From: Planctomycetota bacterium
GTDB taxonomy: Bacteria > Planctomycetota > PLA2 > JAEUHO01
Direction of reading: 5' to 3'
Length of the DNA: 64,000 nucleotides
Assembly (NCBI GenBank): GCA_050248855.1
Contig: JBFWRP010000002.1
Location: 32,001-96,000, forward strand
Each line of letters starts with the position of its first letter. The first letter of the stretch is position 1. Shown in pieces: positions 46,623 through 56,617 of the stretch. Both the position numbers and the translations under genes were made by a program. The notes beneath the pieces are model-generated. The model had not been told where the DNA came from and ran no database searches. It saw nothing but the letters and a program-made list of their open reading frames with translations.

Positions 46623-47556
46623 TCGTCCGCTCCTCGAAGTTCGTTCGCTCTCCCGCAGCTTCGGCAAGGTGGAGGCCGTGCGAGACGTCAGCTTCAACGT
46701 CGAGGCTGGTCAGGTGTTCGGCTTCATCGGGCCCAACGGCGCGGGCAAGACGACCACCATGCGCATGCTGGCCACGCTCGACATCCCCGACGGGGGCGAT
46801 GCGTGGGTGGACGGGCAGTCGGTGCTCGAGGAACCGCGCGCCGCCTGCATGCGCCTGGGGTTCATGGCCGACCACTTCGTGCCGTACCCGAACCTCCACG
46901 TGTCGCAGTTCCTCGACTTCATGGCGCGTGCCTACGGGCTGCGAGGTCGCAAGCGCACGAAGACGATCGCCGCCGTCGTGGACTTCTGCGGCCTCGGCAC
47001 CTTCCTCGATCGTCCGACCACGGGTCTCAGCAAGGGCATGGGCCAGCGCCTGCACCTGGCCAAGACGCTGCTTCACGATCCGGGCTTGCTCGTGCTGGAC
47101 GAGCCCACGGCAGGGCTCGACCCGCGGGCCCGCGTGGAGTTCCGCGACCTCTTGGGCGTGCTGGCCGACGAAGGCAAGGGCATCCTGATCTCGAGCCACC
47201 TGCTGTCCGAGCTGGCGGAGAGCTGCGACGGCGTCGTCGTGATCGAGCAGGGGCAGCTGGTCGTCACGGGCGCGATCGGCGACATCGCCAAGCAGGTGCG
47301 CTCGCACAGCGCGGTCTTGGTGCGCGTCGTGTCCGACGCGCAGGAGACCGAGCGCTTCCTGTTGACGCAGCCCCTCGTGCGCGAGGTACGCAACGAGGAC
47401 GCCCGCATCGGCTTCGAGTACGACGGCTCCGACGAGCAGCTCGCCGACCTCCTGGCGCGGCTGATCGCCAGCGGGGCACGCGTCAGCGAGTTCCGCCACG
47501 TCGAGGCCAGCCTGGAAGAGATCTTCCTGCGCACGACCGCCGGGAGGCTGCAATGA
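46615..47556 (+). CDS. ABC transporter ATP-binding protein
   Basis: GPNGAGKT, LSKGMGQR, VLDEPTAGLDP, SSH. Confidence 0.97.
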   Translation: MSSRPLLEVRSLSRSFGKVEAVRDVSFNVEAGQVFGFIGPNGAGKTTTMRMLATLDIPDGGDAWVDGQSVLEEPRAACMRLGFMADHFVPYPNLHVSQFLDFMARAYGLRGRKRTKTIAAVVDFCGLGTFLDRPTTGLSKGMGQRLHLAKTLLHDPGLLVLDEPTAGLDPRARVEFRDLLGVLADEGKGILISSHLLSELAESCDGVVVIEQGQLVVTGAIGDIAKQVRSHSAVLVRVVSDAQETERFLLTQPLVREVRNEDARIGFEYDGSDEQLADLLARLIASGARVSEFRHVEASLEEIFLRTTAGRLQ

Positions 47557-49115
47557 GCGACGTCGCGGCGACGCTGGCCGAGGTACCGGGCCCGGGCGGG
47601 CGACCGGCCGCCGAGCCCCGCGGTGGGATCTGGGGCTGGTTGTCCGAGCGCCTCAACCCGATTCTCGTGCGCGAGGTCCACCAAGCCCTCAACGGCAGGG
47701 TCTTCCTCTTCACGGCGGGACTCGCGTTCTTGGCCGTGTTTGTGATCGCCTTGCTGATCGCGGCCAACGACGAGGCGTCTCCGCGCGCCGGCGCCGAGGC
47801 GTTCCTCAACACCCTCTACGTGCTCGTGCCCATCCTGCTGTTCATCGTGCCGCTCCAGGCTTTCTTCTCCACGCGGTCGGAGGTCGGGGGCGGAACGGTC
47901 GAGCACTTGCTCTTGTCGCGACTGCGACCGGCCCAGATCGTTCGCGGCAAGCTGATCTCGACGACGGTGCAGTTCGTCCTGTACCTGGCGATCTTCGCGC
48001 CGCTGCTCGCCCTGACCTACCTGCTGCGCGGCGTGGACATCCCGACGATCGCGTGGGTCCTGGCCATGGCCTTCTTGCTGGCGTTGGCCAGCAGCTCGCT
48101 GGCCATCGCCTGTGGGGCCCTGTGCCGCTGGAGGGCCGCGTTTCGCGTGCTGCCCTTCGCCATCGTGCTGTTGGGGCTGGGCTGGCTGACCGTCACCGTG
48201 CTGGGCGCGCTGCCGTTCGGGCTGATGAGCGCGCGCTTCTTGTTCGACGCCGATGCTCCCGTCAGCGCGATCTTCGCCGTCGCGGGCCCGCCGCTCCTGT
48301 CCACGATCCTGTTCGCGCTGATCGGGTCGTCGGCCCTGGCGCACCCCTACGAGAACCGCTCGACGGGCTTTCGCGCGTTCGCGCTGCTCATGGTGCTGCT
48401 GGCTCTGGGCTGGACGGTGTTCACGTACGATCAGATGAGTCCCAGCATTCGACCCTACATCACGCTGGCCACCTCGCTGAACGGCATCGTCACTACCTGC
48501 GGCGTGATGTTGGGCTTGTTCCCGTTCTTCGCGGCGACCGAGCCACCGCGGCTGTCACCGCGCGTCCAACGGCACGTACCGCGCAGCCCGCTCCTGGCCT
48601 TCCTGGTGTCCCCGCTGCTGCCTGGGAACGGCCGCGGCCTGCTGTTCGCGCTCTTGCTGACCGCGATCGCCCTGGGCGGGACCGTCCTCCTCCCGGAGCT
48701 CTGGGGCGAGGTCTCAAAGGGGGGCTCGGACCGCATGCAAGAGATCACAGTCGGCATCTGGCTCTACGTGGTCTTGTTCAGCGCGCTGGGCTGCGCCGTG
48801 CGGGGACGCCTTGCGGCGCCGGACACGCGCAACTGGTGGGCGCGCGGGCTGCTCCCGCTGCTCATGATGCTGAGCGCCCTCGTGCCCCTGCTGGTGGGCG
48901 TCGTGGGCAGCTCGCGCTCGGTGATGCTGCGATGGTCGCCGTTGCAGCTGTTCAATCCCTTCGCGTCGCTGAGCTACGTGCGCCACGACGATGACGTCAT
49001 GGTTTGGCTCGGCGCAGCAACGGGCGTCGCCGTCGTCATCAACCTCGCGGCCATGGTGCGCGGCGTCTCCGAGGTCATGGAGGCCTCCCGGCAACGGAGG
49101 CGACGTGCGCCCTGA
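47553..49115 (+). CDS. ABC-2-type permease
   Basis: NPILVRE, E...GT.EHLLLS.L....IVRGK, many TM helices; ATGA overlap. Confidence 0.88.
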   Translation: MSDVAATLAEVPGPGGRPAAEPRGGIWGWLSERLNPILVREVHQALNGRVFLFTAGLAFLAVFVIALLIAANDEASPRAGAEAFLNTLYVLVPILLFIVPLQAFFSTRSEVGGGTVEHLLLSRLRPAQIVRGKLISTTVQFVLYLAIFAPLLALTYLLRGVDIPTIAWVLAMAFLLALASSSLAIACGALCRWRAAFRVLPFAIVLLGLGWLTVTVLGALPFGLMSARFLFDADAPVSAIFAVAGPPLLSTILFALIGSSALAHPYENRSTGFRAFALLMVLLALGWTVFTYDQMSPSIRPYITLATSLNGIVTTCGVMLGLFPFFAATEPPRLSPRVQRHVPRSPLLAFLVSPLLPGNGRGLLFALLLTAIALGGTVLLPELWGEVSKGGSDRMQEITVGIWLYVVLFSALGCAVRGRLAAPDTRNWWARGLLPLLMMLSALVPLLVGVVGSSRSVMLRWSPLQLFNPFASLSYVRHDDDVMVWLGAATGVAVVINLAAMVRGVSEVMEASRQRRRRAP

Positions 49116-49908
49116 GTGTGCGCGAGCGGCCGCGCCGTACCGCTTGGCGCTGCCGGGGCGCCCGCTGGGCGGTCGCCTGGGCGAGCGCCTCGGGCGGGGC
49201 ACGGGCTCGTCGCTGGAGTTCATGGACTACCGCGACTACGTGCCCGGCGACGACCTGCGCCACGTGGACTGGGCGGCCTGCGCACGCACGGACCAGCTGA
49301 AGGTCAGGCAGTACCGCGAGGAGGTCTCGCCGGCGCTGGACATCCTCGTGGACGGCTCGCCCTCGATGGCCGTGACGGCGGAGAAGCGCACGGCCCTCGA
49401 AGATCTCGTGGAGGCGTGCGCGTCGTGGACGCTCGCCGCGGGCGGCCTGCCGCGGCGCCTGCTCGGTGGTGCCGGGCCGTTCGAGCGCTGGTCCGAAGTG
49501 GACGGCCGCGGCGCCGACGATCTGCTCCCGCGTGTCCCCCTGCGCCGACGCGCGATGCGGCTGGTGGTCAGCGACTTCTTGGTTCCCGACGACCCGGCGC
49601 CGCGCCTGCGCCGGCTCTCGGCAGGTGCCTCGCACCTCTACGTGCTCCAGCTGCTCGATCCCTGGGAGGTGGACCCCCAGGCCGAAGGCGAGCACACGTT
49701 GGTGGACTGCGAGCGGTCTTCGCGGCTGGACATCGTGTTGGACCGGCCGACGCTCGATCGCTATCGCGCGCGCCTGCGCCGCTTGACCGGCGCCGTCGAG
49801 CAGGCCGTGCGCGCGATCGGGGGGAGCTACGCGTTGGTGCCCGCCGGGCCGCCGGGGCGCATGTTCCGCGAGCACTTGCTGACGCAGGGCATCGTGGAGC
49901 CGGCGTGA
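49105..49908 (+). CDS. DUF58 protein
   Basis: GSSLEFMDYRDYVPGDDLRHVDW, DGSPSM, VSDF. Confidence 0.93.
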   Translation: MRPECARAAAPYRLALPGRPLGGRLGERLGRGTGSSLEFMDYRDYVPGDDLRHVDWAACARTDQLKVRQYREEVSPALDILVDGSPSMAVTAEKRTALEDLVEACASWTLAAGGLPRRLLGGAGPFERWSEVDGRGADDLLPRVPLRRRAMRLVVSDFLVPDDPAPRLRRLSAGASHLYVLQLLDPWEVDPQAEGEHTLVDCERSSRLDIVLDRPTLDRYRARLRRLTGAVEQAVRAIGGSYALVPAGPPGRMFREHLLTQGIVEPA

Positions 49909-51728
49909 CGGCGGGCGGCCCCCTCGCCATCGGGTTCACGGCGCCGCTCGGGCTGCTGGCCTTGCTCGCGATTCCCGCGGTGCTCGCCTTGCACATGTTC
50001 CGCCGCCGCTTCCGCGAGCGGTCGGTGGCGGGCCTCTTCCTGTTCGCGGCGGATGCCTTGCCCGCCAGCGCGGGGCGCACGCGGGCGCGGCTCCTGCGCA
50101 CGCCGTCGCTGTGGCTCGAGCTGCTGGCCGCGCTGGCCGCAGCGCTGTGGCTCGGCGGGTTCCACCTGGGTACGTCCTCGGGTGCCTTGCATCTCGTGGT
50201 GGTGCTGGACGACTCGGCCTCGATGGCGGCCAAGACGCCGAACGGCAGCGTGGCGGAGGCGGCCCGCGATCGCGTCCGGGCGCTGCTGGAGGACCTCGGG
50301 CGGGACGACGCCGTCACGTTGGTGGCGACGGGCGTGCGCCCGGCGGTGCTCGCCGGCCCGCGGGCCACGCGCGACGTAGCGCGAGAGGCGCTGGCCGCGT
50401 GGTCGCCGGGACAGCAAGCCCACGATCCGGCGCGGGCGTTCGACCTGGCGCTCGACCTCGGGCGCTCGAACGCCACGCTCGTGTTCCTCACCGATCGCGA
50501 AGACGTCCAGCCCCCGCCGCGGTTCCGCCACGTCGCACTCGGCCTGCCTCTTTCCAACGCGGCCATCGCCAGCGTCCGCCGCGTGGCGCAGGGCGACGCC
50601 GAGGAGCGCGTGTTCGTCGATCTCCTCGCCTACGCCGAGGCGCCCGTGACCACGGCGGTGCGCCTCGAGGTGGTGGCGGGCGACGGAGCCCGCGAGATCG
50701 CACGCAAGGACGTCACGCTGACGCCGGGGCGCAGCCTGCACATCGCCTGGACGGTACCCCTGGTCGCCTTGCCCCTGCGCGTGACGCTGGACGACGATGC
50801 CCTCGCCGCCGACAACGTCGCGTGGCTCGTTCCGGACCCGCTGCGCGTGGTGCCTGCGCACGTGGCGCTCGAGGAGGAGGCCGCCGACGCGCTCCAGCTG
50901 GTCCGCGTGTTCGACGCCTTGCCGGGCGTGCGCGTGGTCGAGGAGCCGTCGGACGCAGCCTTGGTCGTGGGACGGGGCGACGTGTCGCCGCGCCCGGGCG
51001 GCATCGAGCTCGTCGTGGAGGCGCCGGGTGCCGAACGTGACGCGTGGATCGGGCCGTTCCTCCTGGAGCGGCGTCGCGTCCCCGGCGGGGGCGACGGCGC
51101 GCCGCTGCTGGCGGGCCTGACGCTCGAAGGCGTCGTGTGGAGCGCCGGGCAGGCCGATCCCCCCGGCCTGCCGCTGGTGCTGGCCGGCGAGCGCGTGCTG
51201 CTGGCCGAGGAGACGGTCGCCGGACGCGTGCGCCTGCACCTCAACCTGGACCCGGCCCGCAGCAACCTGCCGTCGTCGCCGGACTGGCCGATCCTGCTCG
51301 CCAACCTCGTGGAGCACGTGCGTCGGCACCTGCCCGGCGCGCCCGCCGTCAACGTGCGTCTCGGCGAGGAGCTGGCCTTGCGCGTCGCGACGCCGCCGCA
51401 GGAATCCGACGAGTACGTCCTGCACGATCCGGACGGGGAGATGCGGCCCGCCCGAGGGTGGAACCTGATCACGTGGGATGCGGTCACGCCGGGCGTGCAC
51501 CGCGTCGTGCGAGCCGGCCAGGACGTCGCCCGTTACGCCGTCAGCTTCATCGATCCCCTCGAGTCCGACCTCACACGCGGGGCGGCGCTCGACACGCCGG
51601 CCCTCGACACGGCCCCGGTGGCGACCGCTTCGCTGGAGGATCCGGGCCGGCTCGAGGGCCGCGTGCTGGCGTTGCTGCTCCTCGCGTTCGTGGCGCTCGA
51701 CTGGTTCGTCCTGGGGAGGCGTCGTTGA
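49905..51728 (+). CDS. BatA/vWA domain membrane protein
   Basis: F.AP.GLLAL..IP....LH BatA N-terminus; LDDSASM MIDAS; FLTD. Confidence 0.88.
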   Translation: MTAGGPLAIGFTAPLGLLALLAIPAVLALHMFRRRFRERSVAGLFLFAADALPASAGRTRARLLRTPSLWLELLAALAAALWLGGFHLGTSSGALHLVVVLDDSASMAAKTPNGSVAEAARDRVRALLEDLGRDDAVTLVATGVRPAVLAGPRATRDVAREALAAWSPGQQAHDPARAFDLALDLGRSNATLVFLTDREDVQPPPRFRHVALGLPLSNAAIASVRRVAQGDAEERVFVDLLAYAEAPVTTAVRLEVVAGDGAREIARKDVTLTPGRSLHIAWTVPLVALPLRVTLDDDALAADNVAWLVPDPLRVVPAHVALEEEAADALQLVRVFDALPGVRVVEEPSDAALVVGRGDVSPRPGGIELVVEAPGAERDAWIGPFLLERRRVPGGGDGAPLLAGLTLEGVVWSAGQADPPGLPLVLAGERVLLAEETVAGRVRLHLNLDPARSNLPSSPDWPILLANLVEHVRRHLPGAPAVNVRLGEELALRVATPPQESDEYVLHDPDGEMRPARGWNLITWDAVTPGVHRVVRAGQDVARYAVSFIDPLESDLTRGAALDTPALDTAPVATASLEDPGRLEGRVLALLLLAFVALDWFVLGRRR

Positions 51729-54478
51729 TCCGCTTCCTCCACCCCGAGGTGTTCCTGCTCGGACTCGTGGTCGTGGTGGCGCTGCGCAAGCACTTCGTGC
51801 ATGGCCGCCTCGTCACCGTGCTGCGCGCCTTGATCCTGCTGCTCGTGCTCGGCGCTCTGGCCGAGCCGTGGCGGGTGGGGGCCAGCTCGGGTCGCGACTT
51901 GATCCTGCTCGTGGACCGCTCGCGCTCCGTCCCTCCCGGTGCGCTGGATGCGCTCAAGGAGCACGCCGACCTGGCCGTGGCCCACGCCGAGCCCGGGGAC
52001 CGCATCGGCGTCGTGCTCTTCGGGCGCACGGCCGTGGTCGAGCAGGCGCCGACCGAGGGCTACCGGTACCGCGCGCCGACCGCCACCGTCGATCCGGACG
52101 GGACCGACCTTGCTGCGGGCCTCGAGGCGGCGCTGGCGCTCATCCCCCCGGGTCGCCAGGGTTCGATCCTCGTTCTCTCCGATGGCGAGCAGACGGGTCG
52201 GGATCCGGGGCCCGCGGCGCGTCGTGCGCGCCGCCGCGGCGTGCGCATCGACGCCGCCCCCTTGCGACGCGAGGGCGTGCTGGATGTCGCCATCGAGGAG
52301 GTGGCCGCCCCCGAGGAAGTCGCCGTCGGCGAGCCGTATCAAGTCTCGGTGTGGGTGCGTTCGGATCGCCCTGTCGAAGCGCCGTTTCGCATCCTGCGCG
52401 ACGGCCAGCTGATCGCCGAGGGCCGGCGCACGTTCCGCCGCGGCGTGGACCGCATCCAGTTCCGCGATCGCATCGTGGAGCCGGGCGTCCACCGCTACAC
52501 GGTGCGGCTGGCGCTGGAGGACGATCGCGTTGCCGAGAACAACGAGGCCCAAGGCGCCGTGCGCGTGACCGGCCCGTTCCGCGTGCTGTGCGTCACGCCC
52601 GGAGGGCGCGACGACCGGCTCACGCGCAGCCTCGCGAGCGCGGGGCTGGCCGTCTCCGTCGTCGCGCCCGAGGCCGCGCCCCTGGATCTCGACACGCTTG
52701 ACGGTGTCCGCGCGGTCGTCCTGGAGGACGTGGCCCTGGAGGACCTGCCGCGCGGTTCGGCGCAGGCCCTGCGCAGCTACGTGCGCGACCTCGGCGGCGG
52801 CCTCCTCATGACGGGCGGGGGTGCGTCCTTCGGCCAGGGCGGCTACTACCGATCCCCCGTCGAAGACGTCTTGCCCGTGTCCATGGAGATCCGCGAGGAG
52901 GAGCGGAAGTTCGCCCTGGCCATGGCCATCGCGCTCGACCGTTCCGGCTCGATGGCCGCGCCCGTGCCCGGGGGCGGGACCAAGATGGACCTCGCCAACC
53001 TGGGTGCCGTGGCCGCGATCGAGCTGCTGTCGCGGCGCGACCTCGTGAGCGTGATCGCCGTGGACTCCGCCGCGCACCTCGTCGTGCCGCTCACGCCCGT
53101 GCAGGACAAGGCCGGCATCATCGCCCAGGTGCGGACCATCGAGTCGATGGGCGGCGGCATCTTCACCTACACGGCGCTGCAAGCCGCGGCCTCCCAGCTG
53201 CGCGGCGCGGCGCCGGGGACCAAACACATCGTGATCTTCGCGGATGCGGCCGATGCGGAGGAGCCGGGCGACTACAAGACCTTCGTGCCCAAGCTGCGCG
53301 CGGCGGGCGTCACCGTGTCCGTCATCGGACTCGGCAAGCCCTCCGACCCCGACGGTCCCTTCCTGGAGGACCTGGCCGCCTTGGGTGGGGGCCGTTGCTT
53401 CTTCGGCGAAGACCCGTCGGACCTGCCTCGCATGTTCGCGCAGGAGACGATCCAGGTCGCACGCAGCTCGCTCGCCGAAGAGCCGACGGCCGTCGACGTG
53501 CTCCCCGACATCGTGTCCGTGGGCATGTTGCACGGCGCCGCCTTCCCCGACGTCGACGGCTACAGCATCGCGTACTTGAAGCCCGGGGCGCAGCGTGGCC
53601 TGGTGACGAGCGACGAGACGGCGGCGCCACTGCTCGCCTTCTGGCAGGCCGAGCTCGGACGCAGCGCGGCCTTCCTCGGCATGGCCGATGGGCGCCTTTC
53701 GGGCGCGCTCTCCACGTGGGAGGGCTACGCCGACTTCTTCGCCACGCTCGTGCGCTGGGTTGCCGGCACGGATGCCACGCGGGATCTCTTCGCCGAGGTC
53801 ACGCGCCAGGGGCACGAAGCCGTCGTGGGCGTGGAGGTGGAACCGGGCCGTGAGGATCTTCTCGGCGGCATCGAGGCCCGGCTCGTGGGCCCCGACGACG
53901 CGTCGCGCGCCGTGGTGCTTGCGCGCGTGGGGGAGACGCGCCTGGAAGCGCGCATCAGCTTGCCGCAAGAGGGTGCGTACCGACCCGTGCTGACGACAGG
54001 CGATGGCCGCGTCCTGCGCCTTCCCGCCGTGATGCTTCCCTACTCGCCCGAGTACGAACCGCGTCTGCTACCCGACGAAGGCGAACGCACGTTGCGCGAC
54101 GTCGTGCGCAGTGCGGAGGGGCGCATCGACCCACCGGCCTCCGAGCTGATGGTGGGGAGCCGGGCGTCCGTGGGCACGACGCCCTTGGGCAGGTGGTTCG
54201 CGTGGGCGGCGCTGGGCCTCCTGCTGCTCGAGATCTTCGTCCGGCGTATCCGGCCGCGTCTCCCGGCGCTGGCGGGCCTGCGCCCGGTGCGAGCCGTGCG
54301 CGCCGCTTGGCGGACGTGGCGCACCCCGGCGCCCGGCAAGGCGGACGCACCGAAGGCCGTCGCCGCCTACGAGGCTGTGGCCGGGGACGAGCCGACCCCC
54401 GAGCCCGCTGCGCCCGCGCCTCCGTCCGCCGAGGGCATCGCGGGCGCCTTGGCGCGCGCCAAGCGCAAGCGTCGCTGA
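51725..54478 (+). CDS. Double vWA / glutamine amidotransferase-like membrane protein
   Basis: DRSRS and DRSGSM MIDAS motifs, LSDG, GGGLLMTGG..SFG.GGY; TTGA overlap. Confidence 0.88.
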   Translation: MIRFLHPEVFLLGLVVVVALRKHFVHGRLVTVLRALILLLVLGALAEPWRVGASSGRDLILLVDRSRSVPPGALDALKEHADLAVAHAEPGDRIGVVLFGRTAVVEQAPTEGYRYRAPTATVDPDGTDLAAGLEAALALIPPGRQGSILVLSDGEQTGRDPGPAARRARRRGVRIDAAPLRREGVLDVAIEEVAAPEEVAVGEPYQVSVWVRSDRPVEAPFRILRDGQLIAEGRRTFRRGVDRIQFRDRIVEPGVHRYTVRLALEDDRVAENNEAQGAVRVTGPFRVLCVTPGGRDDRLTRSLASAGLAVSVVAPEAAPLDLDTLDGVRAVVLEDVALEDLPRGSAQALRSYVRDLGGGLLMTGGGASFGQGGYYRSPVEDVLPVSMEIREEERKFALAMAIALDRSGSMAAPVPGGGTKMDLANLGAVAAIELLSRRDLVSVIAVDSAAHLVVPLTPVQDKAGIIAQVRTIESMGGGIFTYTALQAAASQLRGAAPGTKHIVIFADAADAEEPGDYKTFVPKLRAAGVTVSVIGLGKPSDPDGPFLEDLAALGGGRCFFGEDPSDLPRMFAQETIQVARSSLAEEPTAVDVLPDIVSVGMLHGAAFPDVDGYSIAYLKPGAQRGLVTSDETAAPLLAFWQAELGRSAAFLGMADGRLSGALSTWEGYADFFATLVRWVAGTDATRDLFAEVTRQGHEAVVGVEVEPGREDLLGGIEARLVGPDDASRAVVLARVGETRLEARISLPQEGAYRPVLTTGDGRVLRLPAVMLPYSPEYEPRLLPDEGERTLRDVVRSAEGRIDPPASELMVGSRASVGTTPLGRWFAWAALGLLLLEIFVRRIRPRLPALAGLRPVRAVRAAWRTWRTPAPGKADAPKAVAAYEAVAGDEPTPEPAAPAPPSAEGIAGALARAKRKRR

Positions 54479-54577
54479 GCGAGGGAGGAGCTGCCTGAGC
54501 TCGAGGGCGAGTGGGAACGGCCCGCGACTTGCGGGTGGCCTCCACATCGTCGCCGGGTGCGACGGAAAGGAGGCCCC

Positions 54578-55000
54578 ATGCCGAACTCGATCCGAGAGCT
54601 GATGTCGACGCCGCTCGTCAAGCTCAGGCAAAGCGACTCATGCGCACAAGCCGCCCAGGCGATGCAGACGCATGATGTCGGTGATGTCCTGGTCGTCGAC
54701 GACAAGGGGCAGCTGGCCGGCATCTTGACCGATCGTGACATCGTCGTGCGAGGCATCGCCGAAGGCCTCCAGCCCGAGTCGACGTCCTGTGGGGCCCTCT
54801 GCACGACCGAGCCTGTCACCATCTCGGCCGATGACGATCCCGCTCACGCGATCGAGCTGATGGGCCGCAAGGCCATTCGCCGGCTCCCCGTGGTGGAGCA
54901 GGGCCGCTTGGTCGGCATCCTCTCGCTCGGCGATCTGGCGGTGGACCGGGATCGCCAAAGTGCGCTCGGACAGATCAGCTCGGCTCCGCCGACCGCCTGA
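54578..55000 (+). CDS. CBS domain protein
   Basis: GILTDRDIVVR, IRRLPVV, VGILSLGDL; AAGGAGG RBS. Confidence 0.93.
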   Translation: MPNSIRELMSTPLVKLRQSDSCAQAAQAMQTHDVGDVLVVDDKGQLAGILTDRDIVVRGIAEGLQPESTSCGALCTTEPVTISADDDPAHAIELMGRKAIRRLPVVEQGRLVGILSLGDLAVDRDRQSALGQISSAPPTA

Positions 55001-55086
55001 TGCTGCCGGCCGCGGGCGCAGCCCGGCGGCCCAAGGCGACACCCCCGCCGCTCCTCGAGCAGGTCCGCGATTCCCCGTCGGACGCG

Positions 55087-55184
55087 GTACGGAGGCGGGG
55101 AATTCTTCCGCAACTTGCCGATGGGCCTTTCCGCATGCCAAGGAGCAAGGCGGCAAGTTGCGGAAGAAATCCCCGCCTCCGTAC
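55087..55184. repeat. ~100-bp palindromic element (REPIN/MITE-like), copy 1
   Basis: 34-bp arms (55087-55120 and 55151-55184, 1 mismatch) with a 30-bp spacer, between convergent genes. Confidence 0.9.
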
Positions 55185-55214
55185 GGGCTCGGTCGTGCAA
55201 GACCGCGACTGCCT

Positions 55215-55922
55215 TCAGCTTTCCCCTCCGTGTACGGGTTTCGGGCGCCGCAAGACTTCGACGGTGCTCCCACGGCCCACGAAGACGCTGTCGATGTGTC
55301 GCAAGAAGAGACCGTGTTCGAGCACGCCGGGCGTGTCCGCCAGCCGTGCCGCCACGTCGGGCGCGTCGGGGAGGCTGTCGAAGTACATGTCCAGGATGAA
55401 CGAGCCCTGGTCGGTCAGGAACGGCTGCTGCTTCGCCACCATGCGCTGCGCCACCGGGACGCCGAACCGGCCCAAGGCCCGTTGCACGGCGGCGAGAGCA
55501 ATCGGGAGCACCTCGACGGGGAGCGCCACGCCACCCAGCTGGTCGACGACCTTGCTGGAGTCCACGACCACCACGACCTGGTCGGATGCCTCCGCAATCA
55601 CCTTCTCGCGCAGCAACGCGCCACTGCCACCCTTGATCGCAAACAGGTTTGGCGTCACCTGATCGGCCCCGTCGATGGTCAGGTCGACGGAGGCGGTGCC
55701 GTCCAGGGGCACGACGCCGAGCCCGAGACCCTCGGCGAGGGCTTGGGTGATGCGGGACGTCGCCACGGTCGCGATGCGCAGGCCGCTTGCCACGCGATCG
55801 GCGAGCGCGCGGACGGCGTGACTTGCGGTCCGACCCGTGCCGAGGCCCACGAGCATCTCGCTCCCGGCGAGCTCCGCGGCCGCCGTCGCGGCGGCCACGC
55901 GTTCCCGCTCCAGATCAGGCAT
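55215..55922 (-). CDS. rpiA: Ribose-5-phosphate isomerase A
   Basis: VGLGTGRT, IDGADQV, IKGGSGALLREK, PVEV, GVLEHGLF. Confidence 0.95.
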   Translation of the reverse strand: MPDLERERVAAATAAAELAGSEMLVGLGTGRTASHAVRALADRVASGLRIATVATSRITQALAEGLGLGVVPLDGTASVDLTIDGADQVTPNLFAIKGGSGALLREKVIAEASDQVVVVVDSSKVVDQLGGVALPVEVLPIALAAVQRALGRFGVPVAQRMVAKQQPFLTDQGSFILDMYFDSLPDAPDVAARLADTPGVLEHGLFLRHIDSVFVGRGSTVEVLRRPKPVHGGES

Positions 55923-55960
55923 GGGTCACGCGCGACGCCCAGGACGCCCGCGAGGTCCGA

Positions 55961-56359
55961 TCAAGGCTCGTTCTGGAGGCTGCGCTTGAAGGCTTCGTAG
56001 GCCGCGACGAAGGCGTCCCGCGTCTCGACCCAGTTCTCCTTGGTCGCCTGGCGGACGGCGTCGTAGCTGTCGCTCACCCTCTGCCAGCCGCTTTCCAAGT
56101 CCTCGCGGGCCTCGTCGCTCCACGTGGCCGCGTCTTGCTTGGCCTCCTCCCACGAGGCGTCCAGCTCCTTCTTGCGCGCGTCGATCAGGCGCATGGCGTC
56201 GTCCTTCCTGTCGATCGTCAGCGTGCGGATCGCGTCCCAGGTCTCGGCGGCCTCTTCACGGACACGCTCGGCGTGGCGATCGTCGCCGCACGCGGGAAGC
56301 AGAAACGCGACCAAGCCAGCGAAGGCGAACGTGCGGAGGGATGCGGGAGGCATGGACAT
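55961..56359 (-). CDS. Small helical lipoprotein
   Basis: GGAG RBS, lipobox LPAC, amphipathic helices with spaced Trp. Confidence 0.75.
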   Translation of the reverse strand: MSMPPASLRTFAFAGLVAFLLPACGDDRHAERVREEAAETWDAIRTLTIDRKDDAMRLIDARKKELDASWEEAKQDAATWSDEAREDLESGWQRVSDSYDAVRQATKENWVETRDAFVAAYEAFKRSLQNEP

Positions 56360-56617
56360 GGCAGATCTCCGTTGCGGGGTCACGGCGCGGGCGGGAGCCG
56401 ATAAGCTCGAGCCTTGGTCACCTGCTGCCCCGGGCCGCAAAGTGGGTGCCAGAACGCCCGACACCATTTCGCAGCGGGCGCCGCGCGCATCCGGACCGTG
56501 CACGCACGGCACACCAGGCGTCGGCATGCGGGTTGCGCACGTGCGCGGAACGCTGGCAGCCGCGCCGCCGACGGATGCAGCGCCTCCCCGGACGTTCGGC
56601 GGTAGGAGATCCCTCCC